This document shows positions 17,813 to 24,351 of a DNA stretch of 32,000 nt, one piece after another. The notes under the pieces were generated by a model that was given only the letters and a program-made list of their open reading frames with translations, did no database searches and had not been told where the DNA came from. Both the position numbers and the translations under genes were made by a program. Numbering within the stretch: the stretch's first letter is position 1; every line of letters starts with the position of its first letter. The stretch comes from Desulfovibrio sp. (GTDB taxonomy: Bacteria > Desulfobacterota > Desulfovibrionia > Desulfovibrionales > Desulfovibrionaceae), in the NCBI GenBank assembly GCA_031546885.1, contig JAVBJS010000017.1, positions 1,349-33,348 of the forward strand, written 5' to 3'.

Positions 17813-18501
17813 ATAGGACTTCCTTCTGGAAACGCTTGCCAGGCAACCTCCGCCAAGCGGAAATCATCTTCTGTGTCGATATCCAGAGATTCTAGCCTGG
17901 ACATAGGGAAAAGATAAGGTGCTTTCCCTATTCTATTATGCCCATTTTGAAAAAATGATGCGGCTGAGAAGACATAGAGACAACTGTTTTCTTCATATAG
18001 CGGGGCAAGATCCTGGGTGTTCAGCAGGACTGCTGGGTCATGATTTAGCGGAGTAAAATCCGTCTTATAAAAACGGCTCTGATAGGAGAGCACAGAAAAA
18101 AGGGAGTCATAGTTATCCAGCCCATACATATAAGAGCTGATAGCGTTGGCAACAGTACCCGCCCGCAGCATCGGGTTAGTCACATGAGTTTGCAAATAAT
18201 GTCCTTCCCCTAAAAGTTGCAGGTCATAGGCGATAATGCTGTTCATGGAAATAGTATGTCCGCATAAATGCTGCGGACGCTCGTGTATTACAACCTTATC
18301 GTACTGCCTTGCGAGTTTTTCAACAGTACTGCTATCGGTATTAACAACAATGCTGCTGATACATGCTGTGAGCTGCAAGGTTGCCAACACTCGGCATAGC
18401 AATGGCTGTCCGCAGAAATTACGTGTGTTTTTCCCGTGAACCCGTTCCGAGGAGCCTTTAATCGGCACAAGTGCGGAAATTGATGTATGATTCATTTGCA
18501 C
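17809..18501 (-). CDS. Acylneuraminate cytidylyltransferase-family CMP-sugar synthetase
   Basis: ISALVPIKGSSERVHGKNTRNFCGQPLL (the P-x-K-G-S-x-R-x-x-x-KN box of the NeuA/KdsB-like family) and C-terminal LDIDTEDDFRLAE. Confidence 0.8.
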   Translation of the reverse strand: MQMNHTSISALVPIKGSSERVHGKNTRNFCGQPLLCRVLATLQLTACISSIVVNTDSSTVEKLARQYDKVVIHERPQHLCGHTISMNSIIAYDLQLLGEGHYLQTHVTNPMLRAGTVANAISSYMYGLDNYDSLFSVLSYQSRFYKTDFTPLNHDPAVLLNTQDLAPLYEENSCLYVFSAASFFQNGHNRIGKAPYLFPMSRLESLDIDTEDDFRLAEVAWQAFPEGSPI

Positions 18502-18505
18502 GCCC

Positions 18506-19495
18506 TTACGCAGGTTTGGGGAGCACGCCCCTGAGACTGTTTAAGATTTTTTCCGCATTTAACCGATTGCCAAGGAGTAATACGTTGAGCAGTGTATCTT
18601 CATCCGCATGAGTCAGTAATCGCGCGTATGCCTCTTCTGTCAGGGGTGTTATTTTATCACCCACTGCCGCAATGCTTATTTGGCCTGCACGATAACATAA
18701 CTGATGTTCCAAAATGTGCCTGCATAACAAAATCAGATCTTCAGGGCAATTTTTTTTCCTAAGATAGGGTAGTAATTCGTATATGGCATGATAAAAATAT
18801 ATTGCCCGACCGTTAGATTCGGCAATGCGCTCTTCGTAATAGTATGCATACCCAACAGCGGTACTCCCAATATACTTCTTGGCACTATACATAGCCAATA
18901 TAAGTAAGTAGGCATCTTCAATATAACACTTAACCAAAGATGTTGCGGCTCTTTCGTAATTTTCCAGTAAAAGTTTTTTGGAAAAAAGCTTATTCCAGAG
19001 ACTCGAACTTGCCCAAAAAGGAGCTTTTTTAAGGTAGCTACAGAAAATATCTTTTCCCTCAAGCCGTGGAGCAAAAGGGTCCGAATCAGCCGTATACTGT
19101 AGAAATTCACCATTTGCATCAACAATAATCGTTCTAAAATGCACAATATCCGCTTTTTCTTTCAGGAAAAGTAATACATTATACTCTAAAGCATCTGTAC
19201 CCCAAAAAAAATCGTCAGCATCAGCAAAGGCTATGATCTCCGCCTTTGCTGCCATTATACCTGTAAGGCGTGCTTTCATGGTATAAACGCGCTCATGGTG
19301 AGCGATGAAGGTGATACTTAGCCCTTTCCTTCTATATGCTTCAACAATACTGTCACAGGATTTCGCGGAACAGTCGTCAACAAGAATAACTTCTATTTGT
19401 TTTAATGTTTGCGCCAATATACTGTCAAGTAATCTTGACAAGGTTGCATTATGATTGCAGTGAGGAATAATGATGGAGAGGAGTGGGTCTGTCAT
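18506..19495 (-). CDS. Family-2 glycosyltransferase
   Basis: LLSIIIPHCNHNATLSRLLDSILAQTLKQIEVILVDDCS ... IIAFADADDFFWG. Confidence 0.85.
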   Translation of the reverse strand: MTDPLLSIIIPHCNHNATLSRLLDSILAQTLKQIEVILVDDCSAKSCDSIVEAYRRKGLSITFIAHHERVYTMKARLTGIMAAKAEIIAFADADDFFWGTDALEYNVLLFLKEKADIVHFRTIIVDANGEFLQYTADSDPFAPRLEGKDIFCSYLKKAPFWASSSLWNKLFSKKLLLENYERAATSLVKCYIEDAYLLILAMYSAKKYIGSTAVGYAYYYEERIAESNGRAIYFYHAIYELLPYLRKKNCPEDLILLCRHILEHQLCYRAGQISIAAVGDKITPLTEEAYARLLTHADEDTLLNVLLLGNRLNAEKILNSLRGVLPKPA

Positions 19496-19516
19496 TTGTC
19501 AACCTTGCGTAAAGAC

Positions 19517-20200
19517 TTATTTATAAACAGATACTGTACCATTGTCGTGATCAATATTGGTGTCAACACTTAACGCCGGGTTTCCGGCCATAATCTTGTT
19601 GTCACGACACCCCTTATATAGGAAAGCGCCAGGCGCAATTATATTGCCACTGCCGATTCGCGCATTTGCCAATATGACGGAGCGTACCCCAAGGCTATTT
19701 TGCGACCCTATCTGCACATTACCCAATACCAGGCTGAACGGGCCAAAAAAATTTGCGTCACCTACGGTAACATCGTGTCCAATAGTTACTGAGCCATTCA
19801 TATAATTTGCATTGCCAATGACTGTATTGCAGGAAATATATGTCGCACAAGCAAATATATTGGCTTCGCCAATGATTGCTCCAGGCAATATAGTCGTGAC
19901 TGGGTGGATTAACGTAAGAAATTCTACACCTTTTGCCTTCCATTTGTGAAAAGCCTTTGCCCGTAGTGCAGGTAAGCCCAGGCCAAGTACAAAGATGTCA
20001 TTCTGATTCGATGTATACTCGTCATCGATGCCCAATTGCAAATGGGCCAGCTCATGCAGCTCACCAGCGTGCCCTTCAAAGGACAGGAATCCCTTAAAAG
20101 CAAGATCCTTTCGTTGCCGCATGACTTCACACAGTAGCCAATAGCACTCGCGCGCCGCTCCCGCATTCCCAATGATAAGCACATTTCGCATACCGCTCAT
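19517..20200 (-). CDS. NeuD/PglD-family hexapeptide-repeat sugar N/O-acyltransferase
   Basis: N-terminal Rossmann-like VLIIGNAGAARE followed by left-handed beta-helix hexapeptide repeats (IGEANIFACATYISCNTVIGNANYMNGSVTIGHDVTVGDANFFG...). ATGA overlap with the SDR gene. Confidence 0.8.
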   Translation of the reverse strand: MSGMRNVLIIGNAGAARECYWLLCEVMRQRKDLAFKGFLSFEGHAGELHELAHLQLGIDDEYTSNQNDIFVLGLGLPALRAKAFHKWKAKGVEFLTLIHPVTTILPGAIIGEANIFACATYISCNTVIGNANYMNGSVTIGHDVTVGDANFFGPFSLVLGNVQIGSQNSLGVRSVILANARIGSGNIIAPGAFLYKGCRDNKIMAGNPALSVDTNIDHDNGTVSVYK

Positions 20201-20952
20201 TCAAAACCACCAGTCATCAACAAATTTTGGCCTGTAATCCAACGTGATGCAGAGGAAAGCAGATAGGTGGCCGCACCGGCCACATCGTCCGGCGCCCCAA
20301 GCCCCAAGGGATATGTTTGCTCCAACTCGGCAAGGGCACCAGCGCCCAACAGGCCTGCGTATTGCTCTGCCATAGGGGTTGCAACGAGAGCGGGGGAAAT
20401 AGAATTTACGCGCAACCCCGCAGGGGCGAGCTCTTTGCTGATATTGCGAGAGGCGGTTAGCAAAGCCCCCTTCGCCGCACTATAGATAAGTAGTGAGGCT
20501 GTTGGTGTGATGGCTCCAGCCGCAGCAATAAAAACAACAGCCGCGCCTTTGCCCACATTATTACGCCGATCTACAAACCCTTTTGTTAGTAGCATAGGAA
20601 CATGAAACAACAAATCAAACATCCTGTGTGCCGTATTCAAATCGTACTCACGCAGGGGGGCTGTAAGTGTAATTCCTGCGCAAGGCACTAGCCCACTTAG
20701 TTTTCCGTATTTTTCACGCAAAGATTTTATCCAGGCGGGCAGTGCCTCCATATCTTCCATCAACTCGCGTGGCTCTGCATGAAAGCGTTCTGGGCAGGTG
20801 GCACGGATTTTGTTGACCTCCAATCTTTCCCGGTTGCGCCCGCTAGCTATGACGGTTGCACCCAGGGCATTGCACTGCAAGGCAATTGCTTCGCCAATTC
20901 CAGAGCTTGCGCCGGTTACAAGAATACACTGCTCCGCAGTGAAGGAGATCAT
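20197..20952 (-). CDS. Short-chain dehydrogenase/reductase, FabG-like (3-oxoacyl-ACP reductase candidate)
   Basis: ILVTGASSGIGEAIA cofactor motif, YSAAKGAL (YxxxK), 251 aa. ATGA overlap with the ACP gene. Confidence 0.85.
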   Translation of the reverse strand: MISFTAEQCILVTGASSGIGEAIALQCNALGATVIASGRNRERLEVNKIRATCPERFHAEPRELMEDMEALPAWIKSLREKYGKLSGLVPCAGITLTAPLREYDLNTAHRMFDLLFHVPMLLTKGFVDRRNNVGKGAAVVFIAAAGAITPTASLLIYSAAKGALLTASRNISKELAPAGLRVNSISPALVATPMAEQYAGLLGAGALAELEQTYPLGLGAPDDVAGAATYLLSSASRWITGQNLLMTGGFE

Positions 20953-21176
20953 GCCACAGCGCCTTTTGTTAAGGCAACAATATCTGCGACAGTTTGTAAT
21001 GGCTTGAAATCTTTGAATGTCGTTTTTACTTTGAACTTTTTGTCAAGATAGGCAATACACGCCATGACAGCAAGAGAATCCCACTCTTCCATGTCACTTA
21101 AAACAGAATCCAGCGTAATAGATCCTTCCCGTTGTAAAACATCCTGAAATTCTTCCAAAAATTGTGCTGTTGTCAT
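20949..21176 (-). CDS. Acyl carrier protein
   Basis: Small acidic protein with EEWDSLAVMACIAYL (the DSL phosphopantetheine-attachment serine context). I chose ATG 21176 (MTTAQFLEEF), which is preceded by GGAAAG. ATG 21198-21200 is an alternative start. Confidence 0.7.
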   Translation of the reverse strand: MTTAQFLEEFQDVLQREGSITLDSVLSDMEEWDSLAVMACIAYLDKKFKVKTTFKDFKPLQTVADIVALTKGAVA

Positions 21177-21201
21177 AATTCTTTCCACTGTAATAAACAT
21201 A

Positions 21202-22365
21202 TTACGCTGTTGTTTTTCCAGAAATTTTCTTCTGCCAATACTGCAAAACCTGTTCAGAGGTGGGGTGCCCTGCCGGCATTACAAAATCACGCACCCCAGA
21301 GCACCAGATGTTATCCAACGCGACAATGCCGGAAGCCCAAGCAAGCCCCACTCCGTAGCCGGAGAGCAATACCTGCACAGATGAGGTTGTTACTGCCTCA
21401 GTGAGGGTATCACAAATGGCGGAAGGGATGGAGGCCCCGGCCTGGTTGCCATATTTACTGAAAGTCTCATATGAAGCTTTTTCCAGAGGAAATCCAGCAT
21501 TTTCGGCAATTGCCAAGATAATTTGCTTGTTCGCCTGATGAAGAATAAGCTTGTCTATGTCTTCTGGGGTTTTGTTGGCGTAGCATAAGAGATCACGTAT
21601 ATGCACTGGTATCATCGTCATGGTAAACTCAAAGACAGCCCCACCGTCCATATACGTCGAAACCAAGCGCCAAGGAGTACCATTTGGATCGTATATACGC
21701 TCACAGTAGGGGGAAAACTCTTCCATTTTCTTAGGCAATGGCAGACGAGCTCCACCTGCAGGAATCATTAAGGCTTCCGCTCCGCTTCCGTCAGAACCCA
21801 GCACAAACCACGAAGGAGTCGGTTTCGCTGCATACTCAACAAGCGTAGCCGTACCACAATCGCCAAAAATAGGAGTAGTTATTCTATTGTCCTTGTCATC
21901 CAGACGGGCAAGCCCTTCGCCAACAAGAAGAAGTACGCGGGAGCACGCACGCGACTCTAGCAGTGAAGAAGCCAACCATAAGCCATAGGTGAACCCGGCG
22001 CAGCCTTGGTTTACGTCAAAGGCGGCACATGCTTGCGACAATGACAGCTTATGCTGCAATATACACGCCGTTGCAGGTAAGTAATGATCTGGCCCTTGCG
22101 ATACAAATATGATGGCATCAATACTAGCCTTATCAATTTTCATGCCTTCCAGAAGATTTTCCGCCGCCTGCTGACAAAGATCTGCCGCGGTAACACCCTC
22201 TTCCGCAATACGCCGTCGGTCTATACCAACCATTTTCGTGGCGCGTTGAGCTTTTTTAATGTTTCCGTCAAAATATTGAAGTTCATCCAGCAAGCTAATT
22301 TCGTGCGGAGGGACTACGGTGCTAATGCCGCGGATCTGTGCATGTTGAAAGGTAGATTTTGCCAT
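21202..22365 (-). CDS. KAS III (FabH-like) 3-oxoacyl-ACP synthase
   Basis: AFDVNQGCAGFTYGLWLA (active-site Cys), LILHQANKQI (His), KYGNQAGASIPSAI (Asn). This is a complete Cys-His-Asn triad context, as in FabH. Confidence 0.85.
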   Translation of the reverse strand: MAKSTFQHAQIRGISTVVPPHEISLLDELQYFDGNIKKAQRATKMVGIDRRRIAEEGVTAADLCQQAAENLLEGMKIDKASIDAIIFVSQGPDHYLPATACILQHKLSLSQACAAFDVNQGCAGFTYGLWLASSLLESRACSRVLLLVGEGLARLDDKDNRITTPIFGDCGTATLVEYAAKPTPSWFVLGSDGSGAEALMIPAGGARLPLPKKMEEFSPYCERIYDPNGTPWRLVSTYMDGGAVFEFTMTMIPVHIRDLLCYANKTPEDIDKLILHQANKQIILAIAENAGFPLEKASYETFSKYGNQAGASIPSAICDTLTEAVTTSSVQVLLSGYGVGLAWASGIVALDNIWCSGVRDFVMPAGHPTSEQVLQYWQKKISGKTTA

Positions 22366-22371
22366 ATACTC

Positions 22372-23511
22372 TCATTTTACAGATTTTTTAACAATCTGCA
22401 TAATCCGTTCCACAATTCCCTCTTCAAGGTCTGCATACAAAGGCAAACTAAGAACTCGTGTACATATGCTTTCTGCTACCGGGCAGTGGGTACGGCTTGT
22501 CAGATAAGGTAATGTATTAAGAGCGGGGTAAAAATAGCGGCGAGGGAAAATATTTTCTTGATTCATGCTCACCAAGGCCCGTTGCATGGCGTTGGTATCA
22601 TCAAAGATTACAGGGTAATAGGCATAGTTATAGGTAATGTCGCTGTGCAGGCGTGGTTTGCGCACTCCATGGGAAGGGAAAAAAGAATCATATAGCTGGC
22701 TAATCTTTTTTCTGTCCGCAATGTTTTGAGTGACTTTATCCAATAAACAGAGCCCCATTGCCGCATGCGGCTCTGTGAGTTTGGCATTGATGCCAAGTGT
22801 ATGGTGAGTATCGTTTGTATGTCCAAAAGCCCGCAACAATGCTAAATAATCATACGATGCCTGAGTGCGGCTAACAATACCGCCACCTTCAACTGTATGA
22901 AACACCTTAGTGGCGTGAAAGCTCACTGTTGAAAAATCTCCATACGAGAGTAGACTTTTCCCTTTATAAAGCGTTCCAAAAGCCTGAGCTGCATCATAAA
23001 GAGTCGTCAGGTTATTGCGTGCGGCAATTTTTTCAATGGCCTCCACATCACAAGCGTTGCCATAAACATGTACAGGCAATATCGCACCTGTAGCATCAGA
23101 GCAAAGGTTTTCCAGGTTGCCAGGGTCGAGGCAGAGCGTTTCTTCGTCAATATCCGCAAAAATAGGGGTACACCCTTCCCATAAAACGGCGGAAACAGAA
23201 GCCACATAACTGAACGGTGTAGTGATAATTTCCCGACCTACCAAGCCACCTGCCCGCAAGCTGAGTTGAAGAGCAAGTGTCCCATTAGTACACAACGCCA
23301 AAAAAGGAATATCCAAAAATTTACAGAGCTCTTGTTCAAGCCTGGCCGTGTGCTCTCCCATGTTAGTGAGATGACGCGAGGAGAGAATGCGTGAAATACA
23401 TTCGGCGTATTCCACTGGGTCAGGAATAATCGCTCTGGTAACATGAATGGCTTGTTGGGATCGATTGCCATCACAACAAGGTACTGCATTTTCCGGCGTA
23501 GATTCTATCAC
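22372..23511 (-). CDS. DegT/DnrJ/EryC1/StrS-family PLP sugar aminotransferase (first gene of the island operon)
   Basis: LALCTNGTLALQLSLRAGGLVGREIITTPFSY, DAAQAFG, VSFHATKVFHTVEGG. GTG start at 23511 preceded by AAGGAA 6-7 nt upstream. Confidence 0.9.
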   Translation of the reverse strand: MIESTPENAVPCCDGNRSQQAIHVTRAIIPDPVEYAECISRILSSRHLTNMGEHTARLEQELCKFLDIPFLALCTNGTLALQLSLRAGGLVGREIITTPFSYVASVSAVLWEGCTPIFADIDEETLCLDPGNLENLCSDATGAILPVHVYGNACDVEAIEKIAARNNLTTLYDAAQAFGTLYKGKSLLSYGDFSTVSFHATKVFHTVEGGGIVSRTQASYDYLALLRAFGHTNDTHHTLGINAKLTEPHAAMGLCLLDKVTQNIADRKKISQLYDSFFPSHGVRKPRLHSDITYNYAYYPVIFDDTNAMQRALVSMNQENIFPRRYFYPALNTLPYLTSRTHCPVAESICTRVLSLPLYADLEEGIVERIMQIVKKSVK

Positions 23512-23632
23512 GCAGTTTCCTTTGTGTTTCTGGCTCTGGGAATCAAGAAAATCCCTTCCGCACCGAAACGTAATTATGTGAGCGTAAAAGCCTTGAAGAG
23601 CGGCCTAAGATTATGGTCTGCCTGTTGTGATG

Positions 23633-23659
23633 ATTATACTTTTTTTCTGATTATTTCAA
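23633..23659 (-). promoter_or_regulatory. Candidate sigma70-type promoter for the minus-strand island operon
   Basis: On the minus strand: TTGAAA (23659-23654), a 15-nt spacer, then a perfect TATAAT (23638-23633). It lies about 120 nt upstream of the GTG at 23511. The spacer is shorter than optimal. Confidence 0.4.
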
Positions 23660-23782
23660 GCCTGTGGGGGCATACCCTCAGAGCAAGGGCAGAAAGAGAT
23701 TTGCACCTGAATTTTACTAGAAACCCAAAAAATGAGTTCGTTGCACATTGCAACGAGCTCTGGCGATTGCGCAGCAAACGCC

Positions 23783-23938
23783 CGCAAGCGGACAGCGTAG
23801 CGTGCCTTTCTTTCAAAATTCGTAGCGGATTTTGAAAGCTTGTTGGAAAATTATGCCTTATTTTTCAGCAAGATAAAACGATACATTTTCTTATCCAGTG
23901 AAGATAAAGAGAAAGGCACGCTGCGCTGTTCGCTTGCG
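23783..23938. repeat. 30-bp imperfect inverted repeat pair (27/30) enclosing a 96-bp segment
   Basis: Left arm, 23783-23812: CGCAAGCGGACAGCGTAGCGTGCCTTTCTT. The reverse complement of the right arm, 23909-23938, is CGCAAGCGAACAGCGCAGCGTGCCTTTCTC. Confidence 0.8.
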
Positions 23939-24060
23939 AGCACCTGCTACGCAGTTGCCAGAGGCCATTGTGCAATGGCCTCTGCCTTGTGAAATTTGCA
24001 GCGAATTTTGAAAGCCTGTTAAAACTTTAGATATTTATTTTCAGCTAGATGCAAGAACGA
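23803..24060 (+). repeat. Two diverged copies of a roughly 80-nt direct repeat (23803-23881 and 23977-24060)
   Basis: Shared blocks are GCG(G/A)ATTTTGAAAGC(T/C)TGTT and TATTTT(T/-)CAGC(A/T)AGAT...AACGA, about 176 nt apart. Each copy carries a TTGAAA box (23832-23837; 24008-24013). Copy 2 has GATATT 16 nt downstream. Confidence 0.65.
23959..23984. repeat. 26-nt near-perfect palindrome
   Basis: CAGAGGCCATTG TG CAATGGCCTCTG: 12-bp arms, with only the central dinucleotide breaking the symmetry. Confidence 0.85.
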
Positions 24061-24351
24061 CTTTACTCCCGCGGAAGCGAAAAAATAGATTGCTTGTTGA
24101 ATGTTTAATAAAATCAGTTGAGCGGCTGCCATTAAACAGAGATATTTCTTTTTTTCTAGACTTATGTTAGAGAGCGGCGTCAATTACTACTATTTTCTGA
24201 TAGACTGTTTCATATTTGAAATTGTTGAAATTATCCAGACCTACCATATCAGAAGAAATGTTTTCTACAGATGCAGGTGTAAGGGATTGCGTTGTCACAA
24301 AGCAATTGCCTGAACAGGCGGGCTGCATAAATTTTGAGGGAGAAAAAGCTC

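Noticed and set aside
23443-23835. 130-aa plus-strand ORF spanning the degT start and the intergenic region; also 23634..23816 (-) and 24216..24413 (+)
   Set aside because: They overlap the aminotransferase start or the structured repeats, lack an RBS and have a composition typical of non-coding translation. There is no support for coding.
23803-24060. CRISPR-like or iteron-like array, suggested by the repeated units
   Set aside because: There are only two diverged copies about 176 nt apart, with no regular repeat-spacer periodicity and no cas genes. I describe it as a duplicated regulatory module instead.
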